Source of the DNA: Spizellomyces punctatus DAOM BR117
Taxonomy: Eukaryota
Direction: 5' to 3' (one strand)
NCBI GenBank assembly: GCA_000182565.2
Contig: KQ257458.1
Length of the DNA: 64,000 nt
Shown: positions 26,905 through 39,198 of the stretch, piece by piece
How the letters are laid out: every line of letters begins with the position of its first letter
Numbering within the stretch: the first letter of the stretch is position 1
Made by a program: the position numbers and the translations under genes
Notes under the pieces: generated by a model
The model's database searches: none
What the model saw: only the letters and a program-made list of their open reading frames with translations
What the model was told of the DNA's origin: nothing

Positions 26905-28026
26905 TCACGCCCCACTCGCAAATATCTTTTTGACGGCTTCCTTTTGCGCCGGTGTCACAACCGCCGGATACCGTACGTTGACCTTTACAATCAGGTCGCC
27001 CTTCTTGCCCGGTATTTTGCTGATCGGCATCCCTTCACCGCGTACTACAATCTCGTCGCCGGGTTTAGTGGGTGTACTACCTTGCGCTCCGCTGACCTCC
27101 ACAGCGTGGCCATCAAGGTGCGGGACACGTCGAGTAAACCCAGCAATCGACTCCCATAGTTCCACGTCCACCTCGATGCGGAGGTTGTCACCGTCGCGTT
27201 TGATCCGTGGGTGTGGCTTCTCGACAATGACAAATTCAATGTCTTGTGCGCTGCCATCTGGGAGCTCGTCTCCTTCGTTGGCAAACTTGATCTTTGTACC
27301 AGGTTTCCATCCGGGCTTGATCTGAATCGTAAGGACCTTTTCGCTTGATGTTCCATCCAAATGTCGGCGGGTAACTTTAAGTCTCTTGGTCGTGCCCGTG
27401 TACAAATCTTCGAGTGATACTGGGAGCTGCCGTTGCACTGATGCTGGTTGGCGAGCCTTGGCCCTCGCTCCCGGCCGTGCACCTCGTCCAGCCCCAAAAA
27501 AGCCGCCAGGCATTGAGGGACCACCGTCATCGTCGGTATCCATAAAGTCGCCGCCGCCCATTCCAAATGGACTCGCCCCGCCAAAGAATTGGCGGAAGAT
27601 ATCGTCTGCTGAAGATGGAGTGAAGGGTCGGAACCCGCCAGCACCACCACCACCACCAGGACCGCCGCCCGCAGTGTTAAAGACAAATGTTCTCCCACCA
27701 GCACCTCCGCCAGGGAATCCACCACCGAATCCAGCAAATCCTGGGAAACCACCAGCAAACCCTCCGGCTCCAGCCGGCCCGCCCTCTGGCATACCACCCT
27801 TCAAACCCTCCTCTCCAAACTGATCATATATTGTTCTTTTCTGTTTATCGCTCAAAACCTCGTATGCCTCGCTGATCTCTTTAAATTTTTTGTCGGCTAG
27901 CTCCTTGTTGTCGGGGTTCCTGTCTGGATGCCATTTCAGCGCCGCCTTCCGGTATGCTTTCTTCAAGGTATCTTCGTCAGCGTCCTTGGACACTCCCAGA
28001 ATTGAGTAGTAGTCTTTTCCGCCCAT
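26905..28026 (-). CDS. SIS1: Type II Hsp40/DnaJ co-chaperone (Sis1/DNAJB-like), single coding exon
   Basis: J-domain [12 protein letters not shown]...KWHPDRNP...[15 protein letters not shown]-rich linker, C-terminal [11 protein letters not shown]...[11 protein letters not shown]...GEGMP. No zinc finger. Confidence 0.92.
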   Translation of the reverse strand: MGGKDYYSILGVSKDADEDTLKKAYRKAALKWHPDRNPDNKELADKKFKEISEAYEVLSDKQKRTIYDQFGEEGLKGGMPEGGPAGAGGFAGGFPGFAGFGGGFPGGGAGGRTFVFNTAGGGPGGGGGAGGFRPFTPSSADDIFRQFFGGASPFGMGGGDFMDTDDDGGPSMPGGFFGAGRGARPGARAKARQPASVQRQLPVSLEDLYTGTTKRLKVTRRHLDGTSSEKVLTIQIKPGWKPGTKIKFANEGDELPDGSAQDIEFVIVEKPHPRIKRDGDNLRIEVDVELWESIAGFTRRVPHLDGHAVEVSGAQGSTPTKPGDEIVVRGEGMPISKIPGKKGDLIVKVNVRYPAVVTPAQKEAVKKIFASGA

Positions 28027-28781
28027 TCCTTGGTTGGTGCGTACTGGCATATCGATAACGGGTTGAATAGGGAGTTTTTGCGTCGAATGCAAGTTTCGTT
28101 TGACAAGAACGAATGCGAATGCAGACTAAATGTAGTGATATATACCTTTTATTCAAGAGCTTGCTGTAAGGTCTGTAGCCTGTTATAAGTGTATGTTGAA
28201 GGCAAATGGAATCTTTTAAGGTGTCAAAGTGCGTGGGGCAAAACAGTGCGTTTTGGAGCTCAGCGTCAAGAGACCCACCCGGAAGCTGCTGGGAGGGGCA
28301 TGACGTCCGCGCACCGCGTCGAATTCCCGCAGGTGCGAGATGCTTCTACTAGGTTCTATTATCGATTTTCACACTTTTTGAGATATTCTTTTTATTATGG
28401 ACTTTTTGCACATTCCACTTGAATAGACCCATTCCTTTCCATACCCCAGTATGCCTATAGAATGAATATCTGTCGTGTGCCGTCCTTTCGCTGTGCTTAA
28501 ATGGTCGCTTGTATCAACGATGCAAAAGGGCAAAATACGGGAACTTTTACGTCATTTACATAGCCGTCAGTGCACTCATCGGAACATGAAAATGATAGAT
28601 CAGTCCTTAGTAGTAATGAAATATTATAGATATTTTTTTGTACACTATGTATAGGGACGTAAAAGGGAGTATAAGGAGCTAAATACAAGAAGGTGAGCAG
28701 AATCAAAAGACTAAATTATGAGGATCTCGTACGCTAGGATTATCAATGAGGCTCTTCCTTTGTCTCCAAATCCCTTCCACG

Positions 28782-30269
28782 TCAACTTCCAAGGAACCCT
28801 ACAATCCTCTCAAACACTCTTCCAACAAACTCTTGCTCCAAATGCAGATGGTGTCCACCTGGAACCACTGCAGTTGAGAGATGCTTGAATGCTTGCAGCC
28901 TTGTAACATATTTCGGCGTCTCAAAGTTGAACAAGCCACTTTTCTCGCCAATCATTACAAAAACAGGGCACTCGATCGCTGAAAAAAACTGATGGATGGC
29001 GGATTCTGCGCAATGCAGGTATGCCCAGAGTGTGAGACGAGGATCGGTGCGCCAAACATATCGGAGCTCCCCTTCGATTACGCAGGAGGATGAGGATCCA
29101 GAGTCCGCGCGCGGGAGTACTGGCTCGAGGCCTCGTTCGCACAGCAAACGAGCAGCCTCCAAACTGACTTTGGTAAATCCCCTTGTTCGGGCCCGAGCAG
29201 CGTCCTCAAAACTATCATAGACTCTTGTCGCTTTACCCCACTTGTTCATCTCTCGTCGTCGGCGAATAAAAGCGGCCATTTCACGAGGTTCAGTGTCCTT
29301 GAATTGGATCGCGGTCCCGATAGACTCGACCATGACCAGACGCTGAACACGAGAGGTAAAGGTAGCAGCAAACGCTGCGCCGATATGGCCGCCAGTGGAA
29401 TGACCAATGAGAGTAAACGTTTCCCATTCAAGGTCGTCTACCACACCGAGTATATCGTCAATCTAGATGCAAATATTCAGGTAAGTGATTCAAGCTCACT
29501 TGCGGGCATTTGCATTTGCCGTGTGTTTGACATGCTGGAACGTACCATATCCCACAGATAATACCCTCCTTGTGGTTGCCGATGATCAGAGAGTCCATGG
29601 CCGGCCAGGTCAAGGCAAACTACATACGCTCCAGATTCTGCGAGCATAGGAGCCAATATATCGAAACTGCTCGCATTGTCCAACTAGAGCAAATAAAAAA
29701 ACGCGTGAGTTAAAGGACAATTGCACCTTCACAAGGTTCGAGCTTACCCAGCCATGCAGTGCCAATATGCATCGTGGTCCACCCTTTTCATTGTCCATTG
29801 GCGTTCCCCATATTTTTGCTCGCAATGTCACCTCACTGGGTACAACAAACGATCGCTCCTCGCATCTGACTCGTTCATTTGCTGATCGCACTCTAGCTGT
29901 GGGCAGTTCGATGCCTTGAGGAATCGTTGACTCGAATCTGTTTTTTCCGAGCAATGCGACATCGGTGTTTGTCATCTTTTCCGAGCGGCCGTCGATGGAC
30001 ACATAGGCTGTGGTATAACTAGGTATGGCGGACTCTTGTTCGTGGGTTGTGGGCGCGTGCTCCGATGCGACCGTCTTTGATTGTGGCAAGTCTTGTGGTT
30101 GTGCTGCGGGTGCTGCGGGTGATGGTGTGGGCAGACTTGCTATAGTTCCTCTTGGGTGTGGTGTATATTGGATTCCAGCCAAAATACAGTGGCCAACAGG
30201 CGAGTGATGATGAGGTCCGTTATTGTGCTGATGTTGCACGCATAGAGAAGTACCGTGCAGTGGCAACAT
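28782..30269 (-). CDS. Alpha/beta-hydrolase (serine hydrolase-like, SERHL type)
   Basis: LALHGW|LDNASSF, CLDLAGHGLSDH, GHSTGG nucleophile elbow, WRTDPRL, GGHHLHLE. Start codon uncertain. Confidence 0.85.
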
Positions 30270-33200
30270 GTAGCAAGCGTAAGGAGAGGTGGCATGGGGG
30301 GCGTGCGGCGGAGAATGGTCGTCGACTTTACGTTTTAGCCGACAAATACCCTCCTTGCATCCGATATGGCACATTGACGGAAGAAGGAAAGAGCCTGGAA
30401 CTCCCAAGCCGGTCATGGTGGCTTCAGAGACGTTGAAACGATAAAACACTAGCGAACAACTGGAGTGGGAATGAGCAAAAACAGCTGTCGCAATCTCGTC
30501 AAGCAAACTGCCACTTACCAATTCTCTTTCCTCGTCAAACACTTTTCAAAACAAATACGTAGTCAACCCCGAATGAGACAGAGGGGACAATGTATTGCGT
30601 ATATATGTGACCGATGCCGTTGGCGGAATGCAAGTTGACCCGTTGAGAAAAGCCCGTAGGAAAATAAAAAGATACAAAACGCGCGGCCGGTAGAAATTCC
30701 AAACCACCGCGAAAGAAGACAATAAAAGGAATCGAGGAAGGTGGGGATAAAAATTGGGTCAATCGGCCATCGCCTTTCTTTTATCCGTATTTATTTTCTT
30801 CCTTTTGTATGTCACTTTGGTCAATACTGTTATCAATTGATAATGAACAAACGATGCGAAGTTGGATGGGAGTTGACTTTTACAAGGTGAACGGATATAA
30901 AATCATCCGCCATCTAACAATGGCAACTGTCATATCCCCCCACAATGTGTGTGTGTAAAAGTGGTCATATTCATGTGTGCTAAGTTGGGGAAATCGCAAA
31001 CCAGGAAGAAATCACTTACATTCCGACTTGGAACGGAATGCTTTCAATTCGTTTCATATTTGGTCTTTTGGTCATCCATTCAACTCAATCACATGCCATT
31101 TTGTCGTCGTTTTGTTCGGGTGAAATACTATCCATTGCATATAATAATAAATATTTCCATGGCGTGTCCCCCCATGGGACCCGCGGTAGTGGACGATAAT
31201 GGACAGCACGATTGTATCTCAAATTGGCGCTGCCGTTGGACATGTCCAGGTCACAACCATCCAGACGAGTTTCAGGCTCAGGGCATGGACTCTCCTGGCA
31301 GGACGCCAACGTCGCATAAATGCCAAGCAAAAGGACCGGGGCCGTAGGGTGAAAGAGGCCGATGCCCAGCCCAGCAGGAGCCGTAAGGCGAAGAGTGACG
31401 TCGGGGGACCATGTGGAAGTTTTATTTTCCCTCGACTTTTGTCGGTAAAACTCTTCGTTTTCAATAATCACGTGTATACCAATCACGTGATGCGAATGAC
31501 AATCCAACGCAGCGAGTGCAAGAGTGTGTGGAAGATTGGGTCATTTCAATCCGCACAGGCTTGTTTCTCAGGACAGACATTGCAAGGCAACAATGACAAT
31601 GATGCGGAGTCCCAATGGTGTGAAAACCAAGAAGCAGGTTGTGGGGAGTCATCTGACATACTACTAGGACGGCTTGATGAACTGCTTAAAGAATGACGTT
31701 GATCAATTCTTTAACGCACTAAACTATTTGACAATTAATTTTACGACAAGCACTGCTCACTTGTTGACTCGGACGTTCCAGAGAGCTTCGAGCGACGGCG
31801 CTACTACCGGCAATTTTTTGGATCTTCAAATTAAAGTTTTAAACTCTCGGCAAAATTTTCCCTTTCAAAACTGTGCCACGTGCGGCTGTGCGCAGCATGC
31901 TCCGATGGCTTCAAGATTTTGGGTTCCACCTATCTGTGCTGGATTGAGTTTTCGACTTGCTAGACTTGCTTTTTGACATCTTCCCAACTTGGTTCCAGTT
32001 GGCTTATTCTTCTGATGCTGTTGCTTGATCAGGATGGGTACAAAGGAATTGGGAAACAAACTACTTTGGGCATCACGTTGAATGCGCAGAGTTCGACTGT
32101 CGTTGACGATTGGTAGCCACTAATAGTGTAACTGTTTTCTTGCCACTTACTTATTCTTGACTGGTTATTTTGGAAATTCTCACACTCTCAAAAGATGTGC
32201 AGCGGGTAAGATGACCCACCTTGCTGTCCTCAACAACTGCCAAGCCCTCCGAGCCATTGCCGTCGCTCAACTCCTTGGGCGATTTCCAACCAAACGGATC
32301 ATGTCCGCCACCATGTTTCTGATTGCACTGCTCTCGGCTCCGATGGTGGTACTAGAGGCTTCAACAAGAGGGATCACAACACAAACCGGTGTGTACCTGC
32401 GAAACGTCCAAAGAAATGTGAGTTGACCATACAGGACCTGGCCCATTCCATCATCGTCCCGTCCTTTCTGATTCAAGGTCTCAGTCGAGGCTAAATTGAC
32501 TCGATTTGCAAAGCTGTTCCGGAAAGGTGTATCAAAGCTCAGAAAGATGGATTCGACCGTCTACCTGTGCCGGGAATCTGCAGGAACAGTAAGGGCACTC
32601 AATGGTCGCACGCTGCTGGGATGGCCTGAGGTCAATGGATCATTCCTTTTACCACTACCATTGACACATTTACAGGGCTACTGATCTGATATGTGGTCCT
32701 CCTTGTCCAGCATTTATCGAAAAGTTGGATCAGACACTACTATTGGACCCGCCGCAGATGGCGTTATAACTCGGCGAAACAATTGGCTCATCACCACAGT
32801 CCGGTTCATCCCAGTGTTCTTCCATTTTGTGGCCGTCGATTTGTGGAGGGTGTCATCTTTCTGGTGGACGCCAAGAGGAAGTTATACAAGTGATTTGCAA
32901 TGTATTGTCACTGTCGGATGAAACTTTGGCCAACTATTGGGTAAGAGCCTGGTGGCCATTTCCTCTTTTTATTTAATCAATCGGTTCCCGCAGGTGCTGT
33001 TGTGGTGCTCGTCCTAGGAAAGATAATCAAAAATTCCAACCCGTGGGTCCGTCGTGACGCCTTGGCGCTCAAGCTCTCCTCTGTGTCTTCCCGCTTGCAA
33101 ACGGATCGACCAATACTGTGAGCTGGGCGTAGACCCTGGCGGCCATCATGGGCATTATTAGTTTAGGGCGGGCATCGGGAGATGTCTCATTGGCGCTTAG

Positions 33201-34359
33201 ATTCAATCCACAGTAGGCAAAATGTTCCAATTCGGGCGGCGTGACATTGTCTTTGGACATGTGTCATGGCGTTCCTGCATGTTACCAACAATTGTCAACA
33301 TGGCATATCTCTCTCCCATTCTGGAAACGTACTTTATCAACCCAGCGGACAAGCATGAAGCATGCATTATACTTTGTCTATGGAGTGACAATTCTCTGCG
33401 GAGTAGGCTTGCTTTCCACATGCATTCCACTACTTGCAAACACCTGCTGATGAAAATTCAGACCATGATGTCATGGACGTGCAGAAGAGCGAGAAGGAGA
33501 TAAGAAAAAATGCTAGTGAGGCGGAGGCAATCCGTGGTCCAATTGAACCGATGCTGCCACGCATATGGTTAAAACTGAAGATCGCCCAACCATTTCCACC
33601 ATCCGCGCACGCAAATCGCGCCACACACACCCTAGAGATATCCTAGTACGAGTTTGTCTTTTGCCATACAATCTGTCAGCCGCTCACACATGGGCTGCGT
33701 CGCAAAAACTGCCTGCGGGTTTTCCGTCCTAAACGGCGGGTTTCGCACGTTTTGAAAGTTGGCCTGCAGGAAAACGAGCTGCAAATGAAGTAAAAGGCAC
33801 GTGGCTTTAGGACATTTTGGTTAAAACTATAAAATTTAGGTTACAAGTAAGCGAGGCTTTCATCGTGGCTCAATTTCCCGTTCGCCTTCTCCCTTCCGCC
33901 TGCCATTGTTTTTATCCGCGGCAATCGGAAGCAAAAGCCAAGAGCACATGCAGGAATCGTGGTGGTTTGGGCTATCTTCCCTTTTGCAGTTTCTTACTGC
34001 ATGATTTGAGAAGCATGGCGGGCCAAGAAGAATTTCCCGCCGCTCATAGACTGGAAATTCCTAATTGCGGCGTGTGGGCAGATGAAGGCCAGTAGGCAGA
34101 TTTCCCGACGTCCCCCGCCCCACCAGGAGGGATTTAAGATGAATGGGGGCCCAACGGAGCTCCTTTAAACCCCCCTCTTTGCGATTCTTGTTCCTGTCGG
34201 ATAGTTTGGTGTGCCAGCAGCTTTCAGTCTGGTCTTTGGGCCATGATCTGCAAGCATCACCTTTATGTGTGCTAATTGCTTGCCCCGGCACCGATTATCC
34301 TCACCTTCGGTTCAACATCATTTGAGAAGATTGTCTAGCCAACTAAATATTCCCCAGTC

Positions 34360-37300
34360 ATGATCAGCACGTCCTTTTTATCTTCCTTTTCGAGCGTCAG
34401 TCCTGAACAGTATGTAGCGCGGAAAATAGTGTCACTCAGCGCTCGTCTTCGTATTCTGCGGGAGCGAACCATAAACTTCCAACAGCGTCACACCAGAAGA
34501 AGGTTTAAAGGACTGAGTCGCGAAAGGAGCAAAGCCGGTCGGGACCGCGTTACGGTCATTCATGAGAAGGGCAAGAGTTATAATGATTATAATGGGGACT
34601 GCGATCTCCCTCCCCCTCTGCCACCAAAGGATGATGTCGCTCCTTTGCCATCATGGGTGGTGATACCTGTTCCGCTCTCCTCTACGCTCGTTCAAGAAGC
34701 GGTCGGTGAAACTAGTGGATCTGTCGGACCGGCTCCTGTACTTGACGAGACGGCCCATTGCGAGAGTGAAGCCTGCCCATCGACACCCAATCTTCCAACT
34801 CCCTCACTTGAACTCCAGCATGATACCGACCTTAGCCCACGTTCGATCGATCATATTGTAACCGAGATAGATGAAAGTACCGCTGCCAAAGCAGCGGAGC
34901 ATAATCCGGCGCAGGATGTGGAGACCGTGACGATATCGAGCGCCGTTAACGCAATCGCAATACTGTCTGACCACAATGCGGCTAAGGTCGTGGACTCCTA
35001 CCCGACGCATGTGTCAGTCAAGACGCTTGTACAAAAGTTTTCTTTGTCGTCTTCTACTACTGTGGATAACATGCCATCCCGTGTACCGCCAGCGGACAGC
35101 GTTCTGACCGGCATTGACACGCGGTCTGAGGATGAATGTCCGCTCCCTGTAGTCGAGACAGTCTCCGTCCCAGCGTCAATTGAAATGTACCACGCGGACG
35201 TGACGTTGGCGCAAAATACACAGTCTGAATCAACGGTCGTGACTCCTCTAGAAGCCGCAGTCCCGCAAGAGGTGCTGCCTTCTGTCACTCATGTGCCGCC
35301 TTTACAAACAGTGGAGGATAATTCATCCATCGATTTCGGCGTTGCATCCAACAGTAAAGCGACAAATCTTGAAGACCATGACGTCGACGCTGGTTTGAGC
35401 AGTGCGGAAAGTCCGGAATCAAACATTTCAATGTCTTTTCTCCAGTCCGGGAATGATGAAGTTCCACGACACCCTGCTCTCGCGACACACGTCGATGGCT
35501 CCAACAACCATGTTGAAGAGCTGTCGCTTTCCCTTCCCAACGCCACCAAAAACGTCTCCACTTCACCTACACCTGATGTTCAGTCACGTCCACGCAGTCC
35601 TGCAGGGCAGATAGCACCAGGAGAAATTGAACCCATTCCTGTCTCCTCTCCGGAGGACTCAAACCCTCTGGTGAAACCACAAAATGACAATGTAACATCG
35701 GAAGGAGCACACTCAAGTCTGCCACAAGAAGCCATCAAGCCATCTCGGCCGCACCCAGACTCTGGCATTGCTCTGACCGATACAGCCTCTTTAGACACAA
35801 TGGCCAGAGTTGACTGGGAGGATGATAGGTATTCTCGACCGTCTTTTGCTCAATTTGCTGGCATTTTCAATGGGAAATTTGCCGTGCGGTCGAAATCTCA
35901 AACCTCCCAGGGCAGCAGCGCTGAAGAACATGGGTCACCAAAGACTGCCTTGGGTGAGGGCCAGCTTGGCTTAAAATCTAATGAGAAGATCAACAAAATG
36001 ATCTCTGAAGGGAGCAAACTACCTCGACGGTCTCTACAACTTGCGACCAGAGTGTTCTCTGAAAAAATTCCCGACCTTGCCAACATGCGATCTCGTTCAT
36101 CCGATACGGTCCCCAGCCAACGCCCACTGGACGACAGAGTTATAGAGAGGGTGAGAAGGTCGAAGACATCGCTACATACCTTGTTGAAGAGTGCTATGGA
36201 CGCTTCAAAAGCTGCTGGGTCTATTACACGCAGAAAAGAAGCTGGTATAATCGTTCCAGAGACGAAGAAACAGGACATGATGAACCAAACGCATCACAAT
36301 GAGGATTCTGTGGTTAAAGACGATTCATGTTCGTTTGTTGTCCAAAACACGACGGAAGCGGGTACGGTCTCCAAAGCACCTCCCAGTAACGACGCTCAAA
36401 CGGCCAACGGATATCCGTCTGAAGCCTCAGATGGTCTGACACTGACACCAAAACGCCCTAATTCGACGTTGCGTCGAAGTACAAGGTCCATCTCCGAGAT
36501 CGCGGTATCGGACATCCAAGTACGGGAATCCAACAACGAGTTGGAAGGTTGCACTATGGTCGTGGAAACGGCGGCGCCCGATACATACGCAGTGGACGAA
36601 ATGACGTGTGATAGCATTGAAAATGATATTACCCCCGTGCAGGCTTGTACTGCAGATGCCTCGATCACCGTGGAGGCGCCAGCCGACAACGTTCAGGATG
36701 TGCCAGAATTGGACAATTCACAACCTTCCATACCGTCAACGAATTGTGTCGCACACATAGATGACGATGTCGATCATATTTCCCCTGTGGTTATGATGGA
36801 TGGCTGTGAAGAGCAGGCGAATGACGTTGACGACACGAAGGCACCTCGACCCGAAGATGACAATACAGAGAACAATAAGATCCCTGCATTGCAACTGCTT
36901 GCTTCCGACAAGACCTCACCCAGTGAGGTTACGCACCGCCCAGGGTCAAGTTGTGCCCGATGCGCAGAGAAAGAGATATCGGCCACGGCCAATCTGGATG
37001 CGACTCGCCAAAAGCGAAAGCGTAACCGATTTTCGCGGCAATCATTGAACAGTCTCCTGACGCACCTGACCGACGCATTTGCCAAACGTGATGAGAAAGT
37101 AAAGCTTGATCCACAGACGCCAGAAGCGCTGCCTTCTGACACCCATGACCGTGAGAACACTACGCCAGCGATGCAACCGCCGTCGATACAGGAGGCGACA
37201 ACGTTACCGGTTAGCATATCAGAAAAGGATACTCAAGAACTGGCAAGCCGCAGACCAGAAGACATCATTCCACCCAAGCATGCAGACGATTGCACTCTGG

Positions 37301-39198
37301 AGAAATTCGACAAGGCCACCGAAGCGCACACGAACGCCATTGCAGAATCAACCATGGTTGCCGCTAACATCCAAACCGTGGCCACGATGGTGCTGTCTTC
37401 GATGAGTGAGACAAAGAGTATGCCTGAAGCGGTGCCTGCCTTAGCTGCTGAGGTGAATCCTACCGCACAACCAGTCAATTCAGCAGCACTAGACTCGACA
37501 CTGTCCATCTTGGAAACTCTCAGCAGACAAGTGACTGTTTTGCAACAAACTGTTGAAGAGCTGGCGGCTGCTAGAGCTCCTTCACGGGTATCATATCAGG
37601 GCAGTGAAAGATCGCATTCAATTCCTCCGCCGCCGCCGTCCATATCCGACGCACCCAGGAAATCAATCTGGCACCAACAGCGTTCTCAGAAGACAAACAT
37701 GATAGACAGACTTCGGCGGTCAGTTGTGCGTCTCGGTTCCAATGTAGGAAAGGAAAAGTCTGAACCTGAAGCGAAACCTGTCGTTGAATCAACTCGGGTG
37801 GATGCACCCCGGGGTTCCTTTCAAGGTGGAACCGAAGGCGAACCTGCCGTTCAATCAACTCTGGTGGATGCACCGCGGGGCTCCTTTCAAGGTGGAACTG
37901 AAGCGAAACCTGTCGTTCAGTCAACTTTAGTGGATGCACCTCGGGGTTCCTTTCAAAGTGAAACTGAAGCGAAACGGGTCATTCATTCAACTCTAGTGGA
38001 TGCACCTCGGGGTTCCTTTCAAAGTGAAACTGAAGCGAAGCCTGTCATTCAGTCACCTCTGGTGAATGCACCGCGGGGTTCCTTTCAAGGCATATGCGTC
38101 AAAATCGACGAAGGACGGTTGACTGATGAGATTTTCATTGAACGTAAATTAGCTGATGAATACAACTTCAATGGAGTGGACGACATAGTTCAGCCTTTAT
38201 CAGAATTTTTACCAGAGAAAGAAACGGTTGAGCTATCCATTTCTGATTCACAACCGGCTACCAGCTTCGAAGTGAGCAACATGCCTGACAATCTTGTAAC
38301 GCCCTCGCAGCATGAGCCTTTGCCGGAAGAGGCGGATGATTGCAGCATTTTCCCCACGGATTCCCAACCAATGCAGACATCAGTCATCGGCCCACCTGAG
38401 CAAAAACGATCATCCCTACCAAGAATGGCTTCGGCGCTTCTTAGACGCAAGCCGACTAAATTTTCGGGCAAGCAATTAAAGTTGCCTCAACAAGCCCTCG
38501 AAACCATCGATCAGCAGGTGGTAGTAATCCCAACTCCTTTACCTGCATCCCCCCAGCTAGAATACCCGCCTGCGGACTTTGTCAGCTCCCGTCAGCTTTC
38601 GAAACCAGGAACATCTTCCATACGCTTGTTCACTAAGAAGGTGCCATCATCCACAGGACGGCGCGATTGTAATCGTAGTCGATCTGTCGACGACCTTACA
38701 TGGAGAAGTCGTCTTACGGACCTGTTTGCCAAAGAACGTGATCCAATTTTGAAGGCAGTGGACCAGGCGTGGATGAATATGACTATCGAGGATGAAGGAC
38801 CTGACGTGGAAACGTCAAGGGTTCTGAGACGCGCACGAAGCGAGGAATATGGCAGGCTGCCTTCTCATTCCACACGAATGAAGACGCGAAAGAATACTCC
38901 CCAGCTGAGGAAAAGCGTTCAGGCTCCCTCAGCGGTACGATCAGATGCCAAACCTCTACCAGATCGCCCAAGCGAGCCACCAGATGAATATTCCGATAGA
39001 AAAGGAAAAGCTCTCACTGCTGAACCGGATTCATTCATTCCGTCTTCACAGGCAGAAGTGCCCGCCGGAGCCCATTCCTATCGCCGCGATCTTCGAGCAT
39101 TATACTCGGTGGACTATTGTCCTGCAGCTCCGAGCAAAGGAGTACCAGCTGGCACTGTAATTTCGCTTCCCGGGGTCTACTTTGGCGAAAATATGTGA
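34360..39198 (+). CDS. Large intronless, S/T/P/E-rich, probably disordered hypothetical protein (1612 aa)
   Basis: Uninterrupted 4.8-kb ORF with no recognisable domain. Contains a PPPLPPK motif, a short coiled coil and an internal tandem repeat. Confidence 0.75.
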   Translation: MISTSFLSSFSSVSPEQYVARKIVSLSARLRILRERTINFQQRHTRRRFKGLSRERSKAGRDRVTVIHEKGKSYNDYNGDCDLPPPLPPKDDVAPLPSWVVIPVPLSSTLVQEAVGETSGSVGPAPVLDETAHCESEACPSTPNLPTPSLELQHDTDLSPRSIDHIVTEIDESTAAKAAEHNPAQDVETVTISSAVNAIAILSDHNAAKVVDSYPTHVSVKTLVQKFSLSSSTTVDNMPSRVPPADSVLTGIDTRSEDECPLPVVETVSVPASIEMYHADVTLAQNTQSESTVVTPLEAAVPQEVLPSVTHVPPLQTVEDNSSIDFGVASNSKATNLEDHDVDAGLSSAESPESNISMSFLQSGNDEVPRHPALATHVDGSNNHVEELSLSLPNATKNVSTSPTPDVQSRPRSPAGQIAPGEIEPIPVSSPEDSNPLVKPQNDNVTSEGAHSSLPQEAIKPSRPHPDSGIALTDTASLDTMARVDWEDDRYSRPSFAQFAGIFNGKFAVRSKSQTSQGSSAEEHGSPKTALGEGQLGLKSNEKINKMISEGSKLPRRSLQLATRVFSEKIPDLANMRSRSSDTVPSQRPLDDRVIERVRRSKTSLHTLLKSAMDASKAAGSITRRKEAGIIVPETKKQDMMNQTHHNEDSVVKDDSCSFVVQNTTEAGTVSKAPPSNDAQTANGYPSEASDGLTLTPKRPNSTLRRSTRSISEIAVSDIQVRESNNELEGCTMVVETAAPDTYAVDEMTCDSIENDITPVQACTADASITVEAPADNVQDVPELDNSQPSIPSTNCVAHIDDDVDHISPVVMMDGCEEQANDVDDTKAPRPEDDNTENNKIPALQLLASDKTSPSEVTHRPGSSCARCAEKEISATANLDATRQKRKRNRFSRQSLNSLLTHLTDAFAKRDEKVKLDPQTPEALPSDTHDRENTTPAMQPPSIQEATTLPVSISEKDTQELASRRPEDIIPPKHADDCTLEKFDKATEAHTNAIAESTMVAANIQTVATMVLSSMSETKSMPEAVPALAAEVNPTAQPVNSAALDSTLSILETLSRQVTVLQQTVEELAAARAPSRVSYQGSERSHSIPPPPPSISDAPRKSIWHQQRSQKTNMIDRLRRSVVRLGSNVGKEKSEPEAKPVVESTRVDAPRGSFQGGTEGEPAVQSTLVDAPRGSFQGGTEAKPVVQSTLVDAPRGSFQSETEAKRVIHSTLVDAPRGSFQSETEAKPVIQSPLVNAPRGSFQGICVKIDEGRLTDEIFIERKLADEYNFNGVDDIVQPLSEFLPEKETVELSISDSQPATSFEVSNMPDNLVTPSQHEPLPEEADDCSIFPTDSQPMQTSVIGPPEQKRSSLPRMASALLRRKPTKFSGKQLKLPQQALETIDQQVVVIPTPLPASPQLEYPPADFVSSRQLSKPGTSSIRLFTKKVPSSTGRRDCNRSRSVDDLTWRSRLTDLFAKERDPILKAVDQAWMNMTIEDEGPDVETSRVLRRARSEEYGRLPSHSTRMKTRKNTPQLRKSVQAPSAVRSDAKPLPDRPSEPPDEYSDRKGKALTAEPDSFIPSSQAEVPAGAHSYRRDLRALYSVDYCPAAPSKGVPAGTVISLPGVYFGENM
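37768..38091 (+). repeat. Coding tandem repeat, about 5 x 66 bp (22 aa, EAKPVVQSTLVDAPRGSFQxxT)
   Basis: Units start at 37768, 37834, 37900, 37966 and 38032; the last is truncated. Confidence 0.95.

Noticed and set aside
27045-27875. Long overlapping and antisense ORFs over the DnaJ gene (and similar ones over UBR1, DIP2 and the orphan ORF)
   Set aside because: Shadow ORFs caused by GC-rich, Gly/Pro-biased codons; no domain signal.
37768-38091. Regularly spaced repeats as a possible CRISPR array
   Set aside because: The units are contiguous 66-bp in-frame coding repeats with no unique spacers, in a eukaryotic context with no cas genes.
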